Positions 1 to 11,849 of a stretch of DNA of 64,000 nucleotides are shown here, one piece after another. The position numbers and the translations under genes are program-made. The DNA comes from Anthoceros angustus (Eukaryota > Plantae > Anthocerotophyta): assembly GCA_010909165.1 (NCBI GenBank), contig VJWM01000011.1, positions 1,488,001 to 1,552,000 of the forward strand, read 5' to 3'. The notes under the pieces were generated by a model. That model was not told where the DNA came from and made no database searches. It saw only the letters and a list, made by a program, of their open reading frames with translations. The first letter of the stretch is position 1, and each line of letters begins with the position of its first letter.

Positions 1-396
1 ATTCCATTGTCTTCATAAGAAGACAGGGAAACTCTCATATCATATTAGGTCTTTATGTTGATGACCTTGTTCTATGTTCCAACGATCTGAGCTTTCTCAA
101 TTTGATGAAAAGTGAACTCAGCAAGGAGTTCCTCATGATTGACAATGACATTATCAAGTTTCTACTTGGCCATAGGTTATTATCAACACAAATAACATTA
201 GTCTTCATCAAGAGAGGTATATTATAGACATGAGATAAATATCGGATGTAGAATTGCAAACCTGTCGACACCCCTATGCAAAATGGCGAGAGGCTACGTT
301 TCTCTATGTGCCCAAGCACTCTTGTAGAAATAGAAGAAATGAAGGATATATCCTTTAAAGGCGTTGTGGGCAGCATACAACATCTAGTCCAAAATA
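1..396 (+). mobile_element. Degenerate Ty1/Copia reverse transcriptase fragment, cut off by the pogo element
   Basis: Translation gives LILGLYVDDLVLCS...MKSELSKEFLMID...FLLG...NCKPVDTPM (RT YVDD region) with stops; it ends at the TA preceding the pogo TIR. Confidence 0.75.
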
Positions 397-2535
397 CAGT
401 CGGCCCCCCCTAATTGGGAACTCTATAAATGGGATTCCTCTCTAAATGGGACCTCCGATCCTACTCCCTTTAGTTTACAGTGTAAAAAATGGGACTTTTC
501 CCTAAATAATTGGGACCTTTTGAAATATACATTCATGTTAGTTTCACCTCCCTAAATGGGATTTTTTATTTTTTATACTAAAAAATTAAAAAAAGAAAAA
601 AAAGAATCAAATAGGTATCGAATAGACTTCATATTCTATCAATATAATATAAGCACATGACCATCGAGAATAAGTTATAACGCTCGAGATACTACCAATC
701 CCCGAGTCTATATATGTATGTTACTACACACAGAAGAAGGCATCAGAAAGTGTCTTGTTTTGCTAGGTTGATCTACTGTTTAAGTTTTCTCTTGGAGGAA
801 GTTTTTGTTAGAGATAGCAACGATGCCTCCTCGTAAGCATCACACCTTGACTAAAGGGCAGAAGAAAGAGTTATGTGAATATCATATTGCTAATCCAAAT
901 GTGACACAAAAAGTGTTGGGGGCATGGGCACAAGATAAGTTTGGCATCCCAGTGTCCAAAAGTGTTATGTCTAGGATTCTTCAAGAGAGTGCAAGTCATT
1001 TGGACCCTTCGAGAGCTAATATGGAAGCGTTGCGACATCGTAAAGTGGCTTGCCCAGAAGTCGATAAAGCATTGCACGCTTGGGCTATTGCAATGCAAGG
1101 AAGTGATATGACACTTTCTGATGATCTTCTTTGCGAGAAAGCTCGTTTCTTTGGCTGCTGGATGGCGTACTGTAGATGACGTCACCATGATTGGGTCAAT
1201 AAGTGGAAGAATAGGAATGGCTTCAAGTCTTATGTGAGACATGGAGAAGCAGGCAGTGCTGACCATACAGAAGCTGCAAAGGAAGCCATCACCATATTGC
1301 AAGCTCAAATCCTAGAATACGGAGTTGGCAATGTATTCAACATGGATGAAACAAGACTTTTTTATAGATTACCGCCAAATCGATCACTTGCTACAACGCG
1401 ACTTGCAGGATACAAGCAGTTGAAGGATAGGCTAACAGTTGCTCTCACCACTAATGTAGATGGATCGTGGAAGTTACCTCCATTTGTTATCAACATATAT
1501 GCTAGACCTCGTGCATTTACCCAGAGGAACCTTCAATCCCCAAACAACTTGGGAATTGTGTGGGCATATAATCGGAAAGCTTGGATGACTACAGAGCTGT
1601 TTGAACAATTCTTAAGAGACTTTGAACGCAGGATGGTTGTAGCAGGTCGGACAAGAGTGTTGTTAATACTCGATAATTGTCCTGCACATCGTCATCACAT
1701 TGAAGATGAATTGCGTGTCACAAAACTGGCTTATCTGCCCCCCAATGTAACCAACTTGTATCAACCACTAGATCAAGGAATCATTCGGTCTTTCAAGGCT
1801 CAATATCGAAAGCTTATGATTGCTTTCCAGTGTAAGGCATTAATGGATAATGTAGATCCGAGTATTGATGTCTATCAAGCAGTTGTTATGCTGGCGAAAG
1901 CGTGGAGGCTTCATGTTAGTCCACACACCATACGTAATTGCTGGAGGCACAGTACACTGTATGCAGCAGTGCAAGCAGAAGATGCTCAGTTGGGTGAGGG
2001 TTTAGACTTGAATGCAATGCCAGCATATGATCTAGGGGATCTTGAACAAGATCCTTCATTTCATACCGATTCATTGGATACCCAAATATTGGATCTGCAA
2101 CACGCATTGGATAGGTTGGCATTATTAACTTCTGAGGACATGGCATCAACAGATGCTGGATATCCAACCATGACTGCTGAAGAGTATGTCAACTTTGAGC
2201 AGGATGAAAATGTGGAGACAACATTTGTTCCCACAGAAGATGAAATATGGGATTCACTATTCCCTCAAGCTGCTGAAGAGGAGCTTGCCGAAAATATTGA
2301 AGAGCTTGCCGAAAATATTGAAGAGGAAGTAGCGACAATGCCACCCCTACCACGACAGACTATGGAAGATGCCATCAAAGGTTTGGAGGCAGCAAGAACT
2401 TACCTGATACAGATGCCACACGACACTACAGACTCTTTGGCATTGCTTAATGTCTGTGAGAAACACGTGATTAGTCATCATCTCAAAGTATCGCGAGTGC
2501 AAAGGAGTATTGTCGATTATTTCAGAGCACAATAG
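397..2535 (+). mobile_element. pogo/Tigger-like (Tc1/mariner-related) DNA transposon: left end plus transposase; right TIR not found
   Basis: TA|CAGTCGGCCCCCCCTAATTGGGA terminus at 397, followed by several (T)AA(A/T)TGGGA subterminal repeats (410-562) and a DDE_1 transposase. Confidence 0.85.
823..2535 (+). CDS. pogo-family transposase (CENP-B-like HTH plus DDE_1, DD32D), frameshifted at about 1150-1190
   Basis: ORFs 805-1179 and 1234-2535 join through WVNKWKNRNG...RHGEAGS. Motifs NMDET, LILDN and QPLDQG have 32 residues between D2 and D3. The protein ends in QRSIVDYF. Confidence 0.85.
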
Positions 2536-2769
2536 ACTTTTAGGTGTGATTGAAGACTCCTAAGCTAAGCTTTTTCCTTTATAATAGGTAGAGGTTTTTT
2601 AATGCTGCTTAGAGAGAGTGCTAGCTTTCAAGCAACTATGTAGAGAAGTGGTAAAAGTTATTTTTAGTGAAACCTATCAATCAAAATAGGATTGTCGATC
2701 CATCTACTGGTCACTACTCATCTACCTCCGCCGTCGCCTAGGTTCCAAACGTCGCCTAGAACACAATTC

Positions 2770-3866
2770 TCCTGAAGTCTGTGCCAGAGCATTAGCAAAC
2801 AACGAGCTTGATTGCGCACGCAAGAGATAGAAGAAGACAACCTCCCACGTTGGTAAGTAGCCATCCATGATCAATGAAAGTGCTGCTTTCGCTGTTGCTC
2901 GTCACGTGGCCTCTTCAAGGTTGTTGATCCACTCGACCATCCTTCCAGCCTGGACGTCTACCAGTCACTACCCATCTTCCTCCACCGTTGCTTGGCTAGG
3001 TTCCAAACTAGCTTAACCCTAGAATGATGGAGAGGTTTTCTGTGATTTTTTTGCTTAAATATTTATTATATTTTTTTGAAGGGATATTAATTTTTATTTC
3101 TACTAAACCCATAATTTTATTCCCGTAAAAAATGATGTGTCCTGCTCATGATTTTAATCCCTGTACATTCTTGCACCGACATTCATATAATTTTCATAGT
3201 CCACGTTCCTTGAGCAAATGATGTATCCCACTCATAATCTCATCCTTGGTATCAAAATCCATGTAACTATACTGAGCCTCATTTCTTGGTTTTTTGATAG
3301 CATCTTCTGCTGAATAAGATGCTTTAGTCCATGCTTCCTTGAGCAAATATTTTCATGGACACACTCAGCGATGTGTACTAGGCGTGTGAAAAAAACGGAG
3401 TCAACAAGTCACATTTCATTGTCAAAGAATTTTCAGTGCTCCAACCATAGTTACATGAAAACTACATTCCACATATGCACCCATTGAACGTACACCAAAC
3501 CGCCGAGCTCGAGCTAGAGCTTGAGTGTATGCCACACCCCCGCTACACGTGCAAGAATTGCCCTCCAGTAGTACTAATGAAGTCACACATACATGATCTA
3601 CAAAGATGCTTGAATGCCATGGCTATATGAAATCACAAACTCCCAAGTGTCACAATTCTCCCAAGGGCTATGGCAGAGCATTAGCAAGTTCAAGCTCGAG
3701 CTTGAACTTGAGCTTGCGCATGCAAGAGAAAGAAGATGACAATCTCCGCGTTCAGAAGTAACCATCCATGATCCATGAAGGTATTGCTTTCGCTGTTGCT
3801 CGTCACGTGGCCTCTTTAGGGTTGTCGATCCATGGGGCCATCCTGCATATGTGCGTTGTCAAGAAT
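2770..3866. repeat. Local ~300-bp repeat unit (copies at about 2770-2940, 3550-3840 and 10898-11080) that served as the Copia target site
   Basis: Shared GGCAGAGCATTAGCAAAC...GCATGCAAGAGAAAGAAGA and AAGAATTGCCCTCCAGTAGTA blocks. Removing the Copia restores CAAGAATTGCCCTCCAG. Confidence 0.6.
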
Positions 3867-4073
3867 TAAAGAAACCACTAGAGCGAATGAATTTGCATTG
3901 ATAGATCAAGGTATTTATACAAGTGTGTTCGTGTAACTGCTGAGCAGTTGATACTCTACAAAGTAACCTGCCTAACTGTGGAAACTGAAGCTTAAACATT
4001 ATTTTCCAGGCATCTATGTGAAATGTGCCCTAACTCGGATCCGCCAGCGCCTGCATCGCGCTATGTCGCAACA
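3867..4073 (-). repeat. 3' LTR of Copia A
   Basis: Near-identical to 10693-10897; termini TGTTG...TTTA on the minus strand. Confidence 0.9.
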
Positions 4074-7000
4074 CTCCCCCTCGCTGTTGATCCCAAGCTC
4101 ATCATTTCCCTCGCGATGGCGTCACACATCCTCATGTCCAACTAGTCCTCTGCTTTCCTTCCAGTGCCTGCTGGCATCTCTAGCCCGCGAGTCACATGAC
4201 CTCTGGCGCAATGCCGGAGAATCGGAAGTCTCAAGCGTGCTAGAGTCCCCAAACTCAGACATGGAGAAACTGGATGTGCAAAGGAGAACGAGAGCATCTC
4301 GAGAGTAGCTTCGCAGCAAACATGGTAGGGCATCAGAATGAAAAGTTCAGGAAATGTGGATGCCCAACCTCTGCCTCCAGATGGTGAACAAGAGTTGGTG
4401 GAGTGGCCTTGCGATGGAGAGCTAGCTGCTGAGCTTGTAGGCTCCCCCTCAAGCGGAACGGAGAGTGCCTGTGCGGACACCATTCAGATACTCCTCCTTG
4501 CTGAGCAATCCAATGCCACTTACGTGCTTCTCGTGCAATGCCTTGGAGAGTCCCTTGGTAAGCAGGTCTGAGGTATTCTCGCTTGTGTTGACATACTGTA
4601 AAAGAACCTTCTTCTCTTTGACTACCTGATGGATAAAATGATGCTGGATCTCCATGTGTTTGGTCCTCGCGTGCAGGATGGGGTTGTGTGTCATCGCAAT
4701 TGCTGATTGGTTGTCACAGAGCAACTTGGTTGGCTGATCTTGCTTCTGGTTGATGTCACTAAGGAACTGCCGAATCCAAAGGATTTCCTTCGCAGCTAGG
4801 GATGTGGCTGCGTACTCTGCCTCCGTGGACGACAAGGACACAGTTTGCATCTTCTTGCAGCCCCAAGAGACAAGCCCGTGATTGATGAGCATACAATAGG
4901 CTGCAGTGGACTTAGGCATCTGGATCACACCTTGTCTGCGGAGTAGGAGGTTAGTGTGAGTTTGCAAGATGGGTCACCTCGTATACCAATCCAGTGTCTT
5001 GTGGCCCTTCGTAGCGGAGAATGCGCTTCACGCTGGTCCAATGGGCCCTTCACGGGTTGGAGAGATATCTTGATGCAATGTTGACTTGGGAGATATCGCT
5101 GGTCCAATGGGCCCTTCACAGAGGGCACTTGTGACATCTCTTGGGCCTCCTCTCGAGTTGAAGGGCAGTCCTCCATGGATATCTTCTCACCAGATGCGAT
5201 GGGAGTTGAGATAGGCTTGGCATCCTTCAATTTAAATCTTTCGAGCAGCTGATCGACATAGTGTTCTTGATGTATGAAGAATGAGCTGTTCGCAGGGTTG
5301 TGTTCAAATTGCACTCCGAGGGCAAATCGAAGGGGTCCCATGTCAACTACTTCGTACTCCTTTGACAATGTGTCTTTGACTTCTTGTATTGTTAAAGAAT
5401 TCCCAAAGATAAAGTTGTTATCAACATAGTGGTGATGATGACAAGCTTGCCTTGTTCTTGCAGGACATAGACGCTGGTGTCGAGGGCGTGAGGTGAAGCG
5501 CATTTCTTCAAGTACAAGTCGGCCCTGCTCCACACTTGTGCTGATTGCTTCAAGCCGTATATGGACTTGAGGAGCTTGTACACTTTGGAGCTGTGCTTGA
5601 TGAAGCCTGGCGGTTGTAGCATATAGATGTCCTCATGTAGAGTGCCATATAGAAATGCTGTTTTAACATCTACCTGGTGTATGTGCAGGTGATGATGGAC
5701 TGCAAAGGCTAGCAGTATTCGGATTGAGGTTGCTTTAACCACAAGACTGAAGAGTCTATTATCTTCATAATCAAAGCCTGGTACCTGGGTGAAACCATGG
5801 GCTACCAGTGTGGCCTTATACCTGGATATTGTACCATCTGGATTGAGCTTCCTTCGAAAAGTCCACTTGTAGGATATAGGCTTTCTACCACCGTAAGTCC
5901 GTGAGCTTCGGTTTTATTGGCAATTAAAGAGTCGCATTTTGACTTGGGAGATATCGCTGGTCCATTCAAGTGTACCGAGTGCCTCTTGGATGTTGGCAGG
6001 ACATCTTGCATCTCTATTGCGAGAGGCGTGATAAAGGGCAAGTCGAATCTGGATCACACCTTGTCTGCGGAGTAGGAGGTTAGTGTGAGTTTGCAAGATG
6101 GGTCACCTCGTATACCAATCCAGTGTCTTGTGGCCCTTCGTAGCGGAGAATGCGCTTCACGCTGGTCCAATGGGCCCTTCACGGGTTGGAGAGATATCTT
6201 GATGCAATGTTGACTTGGGAGATATCGCTGGTCAGTTACCGGATCTGAAGGCTGCCCAGCTGTAGGGCACTTGTGACATCTCTTGGGCCTCCTCCGAGTT
6301 GAAGGGCAGTCCTCCATGGATATCTTCTCACCGGATCGATGGGAGTTGAGACAGCTTGGCATCCTTCAATTTAAATCTTTCGGTGATCGACATAGTGTTC
6401 TTGATGTATGAAGAATGAGCTGTTCGCAGGGTTGTGTTCAAATTGCACTCCGAGGGCAAATCGAAGGGGTCCCATGTCGACAATACTCCTTTGACAATGT
6501 GTCTTTGACTTCTTGTATTGCGGCGGTCATTCCCAAAGATAAAGTTGTTATCAACATACAGTGATGATGACAAGCTTGCCTTGTTCTTGCAGGACATAGG
6601 CGGTGTCGGAGAGGCGTGAGGTGAAGCATTTCTTCAAGTACAAGTCGGATCTCGTTCCACACTTGTCTTGATTGCTTCAAAGTATATGGACTTGAGGAGC
6701 TTGTACACTTTGATGATGAAACTGGCGGTTGTAGCATATAGATGTCCTCATGTAGAGTGCCGTATAGAAATGTTGTTTTAACATCTACCTGGTGTATGTG
6801 CAGGTGATGATGGGCTGCAAAGGCTAGCAGTATTCGGATTGAGGTTGCTTTAACCACAAGACTGAAGAGTCTATTCTCTTCATAATCAAAGCCTGGTACC
6901 TGGGTGAAACCATGGGCTACCAGTGTGGCCTTATACCTGGATATTGTACCATCTGGATTGAGCTTCCTTCGAAAAGTCCACTTGTAGGATATAGGCTTTC

Positions 7001-10000
7001 TACCACCAGGTAAGTCTGTGAGCTTCCAGGTTTTATTGGCAATTAAAGAGTCGTACTTTGACTTGACTGCTGCGGTCCATTCAAGTGTACTAAGTGCCTC
7101 TTGGATGTTGGCAGGGACATCTTGCATCTCTATTGCAGAGAGAGCGTGATAAAGGGCAAGGCTGGATCATTATCGTGGCTTGTGCCGACACATCTTCAGG
7201 TGGAATGGCTGTATGACGGGAGAATGACTCTCTAGGAACAGAAGGTGGATTCCTCCATAGGTGGCTTGGTGGTCGATTGCGTGCAGAACGCCTTAGAGGT
7301 TCGGGTTGGAGCAGTGCGGGCTTTGGTTCTGGATTGAGCTTCCTGCGAAAAGTCCACTTGTAGGATATAGGCTTTCTACCACCGTAAGTCCGTGAGCTTC
7401 GGTTTTATTGGCAATTAAAGAGTCGTGACTTGGCTGCTGCGGTCCATTCAGGTGTACTGAGTGCCTCTTGGATGTTGGCGAGGACATCTTGCATCTCTAT
7501 TGCGAGAGGCGTGATAAAGGCAAGTAGGCTGGATCATTATCGGGCTTGTCTTGGTCTTGGCACATCTTGTGGAATGGCTGTATGACGGGAGAATGACTCT
7601 CTAGGAACAGAAGGTGGATTCCTCCATAGGTGACTTGGTGGTCGATTGTGCGAACGCCTTAGAGGTTCGGGTTCTGGAACAGGTACGGGCTTTGGTTCTG
7701 GATTGAGAGGTGCAATTGGTTGCAGAGGAGGTGGTACCGACCTATGGCGTGGTAGTGCCTAGATGGCTTGCCGAGGAGGAGGCTGACCGGCCGGCCGCCA
7801 GCTCAAACTGGATTTCCTCTTGAGCTTGGAGCTCGTCTTTGTCGTAGAGTGTTTCCCCCTCAAGGTCGAGAGGGGAATCCGAGTGAAGGAAACCTGACAT
7901 GCTAGGGCAGGAAGAGGAGACGAGAGGGAAGCTAGATAGGAGTTAAGTAGCAAAGATTCATGGAAATGAGCGCTACGGGAAAGAATTACCTCTCGGGTGG
8001 CAAGGTCAAAGAGGCGATAGGCCTTGGATTGGTTTGAGTACCCGATAAAGAGGAGTTTTCTACCCTTGTCGTCCCACTTCTTCCGGTTCACATCAGGGAT
8101 ATGGGCGAATGCGGGGCTGCCAAATATTCTTAGATGAGAAATGCGGGGCTTGTGCTCGGTCCATCATTCAAACGGAGTGATGTTGGGCAGCTCCTTTGTT
8201 GGCAGGCGGTTCTTCAAGTAGTTGGAGGTTGCCACAGCCTCGGCCCAGTAACCTCGAGTGAGCCCAGAAAGCTTGAGAATAGATCTGGAGATCTCAAGCA
8301 AAGAGCGATTCAGGCATGGCTTGTGTACTCCCGCTGTCAATGCGAGAGCATGCACTGAAGCTGCTTTGCCTTTCTCGCTGTGAAATTCTTGGAAGCATGT
8401 AAGTGCGTCATCCTTGTGCTTCAGGAAGAAAATATGGCAGTACCTCGTCCAAAAAAGTCAGGAAGTAGGAGTGGCCTCCAAAACTGGAGGTGCTCATGGG
8501 TCCGCAAATATCTGAGTGAACGACTTCAAGGAGGCGTCGAGCTCGAGTAGGTGAGGGATCTTTGAATGGGAGCTGATGCAGCTTTGAGTACTTGCAAATT
8601 TTGCAGAAGTCTTGGAGTACCTTGATGTTGACTGGATCTTTGTACATGTCCAGGTTGGAAAATGTGCTGAGGTACCGTGGATTGATGTGTCCTGCTCGAC
8701 AGTGCCAGAGTCTGGTGTTGTCGAGGTTGCTAGATGATGAGCTATCGACGGCCAGTGCTGATGAGGACTGAATATTAAGCAGGTACAGGTCGTTGAAAGG
8801 GAGTCCGTGTGCGATTGCAGTTTGCGTCTTGTCTTTTGAATGTAAGATGGAGCAATGATTTCCTTGGAAAGTGATGATGAAGTCATGCTCCGTTGCAAGC
8901 TTAGAGATAAGACTGATAAGAGATTCTTTGTCATAGCAGGGACATGGAGAGCGCCGTTGATTATAAGGGTCTCGCCGTTTGACAATCGCAGCTGTACTTC
9001 ACCGGTGCCTTCAACTGGGAGAGAGCTGTCGTCTCCGAGGAGGACGTGTTGGTCGAAGTGAACAGTGTGATAGGATGTGAACATATCCTTGCTGCTGCAG
9101 ATGTGGGTTGTGGCTCCTGAGTCTAGAAACCATCTGCAACTGTTCGTTCTGGTGAGTGTTAAACAAACAGCTAGAATTGAGCTTGCAAGGGGTGACTTGA
9201 TGGATGTAGTCACGTTGGACTCGTTTCTGGGTGAGTCTCGTCGGGGTTCTCCCGACTGTTTCTTTCTGCATTCGTGCTCGAAATGGCCTCGGATCTTGCA
9301 CCAATTGCAGGGTCCTTTGCCATTCTTCTTATGATTGTTCTGACTGTATCTGTTGTAGCTTCCAGATGACTGCTGTTGTGAGTCGAAAGGTCGCCGATCG
9401 GAGAAGTTACCGCGTCCTCTGCCTCTTCGACCCCCTCGGCCTCGAGAGATGAAGAGTGCGGAGTTGGAGCTACCTTGGCCAGCACGTGGGTTGGAGCCAC
9501 GGCTTGATTCCTCCTCGTGTAGTGCTCCCACAACTTCAGAGAAGATGCCAGATGCTGGTGCACCTCCCGCTCGTGTGGCTTGTCAGAGGATAGAGCTCTG
9601 GGAACTAACAAACATTCTGTAAGATGCAGGCAGAGATGTAAGGAGTTGCTGCTTGATGCTCGGTGATGGTGGTGCCGGCTGCGGTGAGGCGAGCCCTGGA
9701 AGCTTGAAAGTTGCTGATATGCTGCTCAACACTTTCAGTGTCCTTCATCTTGATTTGGTAGAACAATCTGGTTGCATTTATTTGTGACATTGAGTCTTGC
9801 GACTGGAACATGTCGTTAAGTGCTTTCGAGATTGCGTGAGCATCGTCCTTCCCTTGTGTGTGATGGAGCATGTTTTTGTCAAGTGCAAAGATTAGAGCAT
9901 TGCGCGTACGTTTGTCCTTCTTAACCTAGGCTGCAATTGTATCAGGTGTAGCAACGGGGTTGGTAGCGGGCCCAGGCTTCACGAGTGTGCCGTCCGCAAT

Positions 10001-10692
10001 CTCCATCAACTCGTGTTCTTCAAAAAGGGCGGTAACTCGCATCTTCCATACACCAAAATCTGTTCCGCTGAATCGGTCACGATCGCGGAGCTCAATTTTG
10101 GTGGTTGGTGCTGCCATGATTGCTTGTTTCTTAGTCTTTCTTTTATAATTCTTAAGGGGATCGAATGCTAACATACGCCGTGTAGGATGCTAGGATACTG
10201 TCTAAAATCTACAGATTCTCTCTAATGCTAGGTGGAGCGACTTGATTTGGTACTCGATTGCTGAAAGTTGTGACTTCAGGTCTTCAGGAGTGATGATTGT
10301 CCTTGCAGGGAAGGTACTTGGGTGATTGCGAGATGATCCTGCAAACGGTGAGTTAGGAAAACGTCGAGATGATGGTGAGCTGCGAGGTGGCAGCGATGAT
10401 GGGCTTGAGTAGCTTGCGTGGTATGCTGGAGTAGGTGCACGTCGAGGTTTGAATCCAATACCGCGCGTCATTTCTGCGACGCAATCACTGCAGATGACTT
10501 GCCTTGGGGGCGGGGCCCGGCCAAGAGGTGAGTAGCACGCTGGTGTGCGCTTCCTAGCCATGTTGCCAATTTCAAGATCGTTGGCGCTAATTGCCTTTTG
10601 TTTTGTGCAGCGCCATAGCGACGGATCTTGGAAGACCAGGCGCGACGCGCTTGATGCACCGAAAGGCAGGGAGCGCTGCGGCTATGATACCA

Positions 10693-10897
10693 TAAAGAAA
10701 CCACTAGAGCGAATGAATTTGCATTGATAGATCAAGGTATTTATACAAGTGTGTTCGTGTAACTGCTGAGCAATTGATACTCTACAAATAACCTGCCTAA
10801 CCGTGGGAACTGAAGCTTAAACATTATTTTCCAGCATCTATGTGAAACGTGCCCTAACTCGGATCCGCCAGCGCCTGCATCGCGCTATGTCGCAACA
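10693..10897 (-). repeat. 5' LTR of Copia A
   Basis: Followed on the minus strand by a tRNA-Met-like PBS. Confidence 0.9.
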
Positions 10898-11391
10898 AGA
10901 ATTGCCCTCCAGTAGTATTACTGAAGTCCACACATACATGATCTACAAAGATGCTTGAACGCCACGGCTATCTGAGATCACAAACTCCCAAGTGTCACAA
11001 TTTTCCTGAGGGCTGTGGCAGAGCTCTAGCAAACAAGAAGCTTGAACTTGAGCTTCCGCATGCAAGAGAAAGAAGACATGTCCGGCAAACGGAGACAAAG
11101 TGTCGAAATGATCTCGTCAGCCGGTCCCTGTCCGGCGCAGACGGTGGTGGTGCGCACCAAAAGCCTCCTCTATCATACAATTCAGAAGGATCCGAGGTAT
11201 GGGGGAGCCGGTGTATGTGATCTTTTAATGGAGAGTAGGGCCCGTATTCTTGTCAACGGAAGGAGGTTTGTCTGGATCATGCTGCTCATGTGCTGGCATT
11301 CGGCTACACGTGCAGATGCAGGAATCAGGAGCCGTGGCCTCGACTGCGCAGGACAGAATGGTGAAGGTGGAATGTATATGAGGCTGGGGCT

Positions 11392-11709
11392 GTGTGTCAT
11401 GCGCATCCGGCCTCGAACGGGGCTGAGCTCTGGAGCATTGCGGCATCTGCGGTTGCCGCATCGTTGCTCAATTCGGTGGAGAAAGCAGGGGAAGTGCAAA
11501 GTAAGCTGCTGGAGAATTTGCTCCGCAAGAACGCGGACTGCGAGTATCTCCGAAGGCACGGGCTCAATGGCAGAACCGACTTGGATTCCTTCCGCTCCTG
11601 TATTCCGGTGATCGATTACGATGCGGTGGCTGAAGACATTGAGCGGCTGATGCAAGATCACACTGCTCACGTTCTGTGTTCCGAGGATACTACTGAATTT
11701 TTTGTCAGG
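11392..11709 (+). pseudogene. GH3: GH3 acyl-acid amido synthetase, first exon only
   Basis: VQSKLLENLLRKNADCEYLRRHGLNGRTDLDSFRSCIPVIDYD...IER...VLCSE..TEFFV matches the GH3 N-terminus. It ends at an AG|GT donor just before the expected SSGT motif; no downstream GH3 exons are seen. Confidence 0.8.
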
Positions 11710-11849
11710 TGCTGAACTGCTCGTGAGCAAAGGGATTGCGCAGAAGTGTTTCCATGTCCTTATTCTTGAAGAAAAGCATTTGCAGACGTGGTTTGTGATT
11801 TGTTTTCCATCCGTGCCTAAAGTAACGATCACCCTACATTAATATTGCA

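Larger units (their letters stand above)
3867..10897 (-). mobile_element. Full-length Ty1/Copia LTR retrotransposon (element A), with internally duplicated pol segments
   Basis: LTRs at 3867-4073 and 10693-10897 (~205 bp), TSD AGAAT (3862-3866 and 10898-10902), PBS TGGTATCATAGC next to the right LTR, PPT GCGAGGGGGAG at 4074-4084. Domains: gag (FSGTDFGVWK, CNWCKIRGHFEHEC), protease WFLDSGAT, integrase VHSDICGP, RT QVDVKTAFL and YVDN, RNase H STEAEY...CDNQSA...TKH. Confidence 0.95.
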
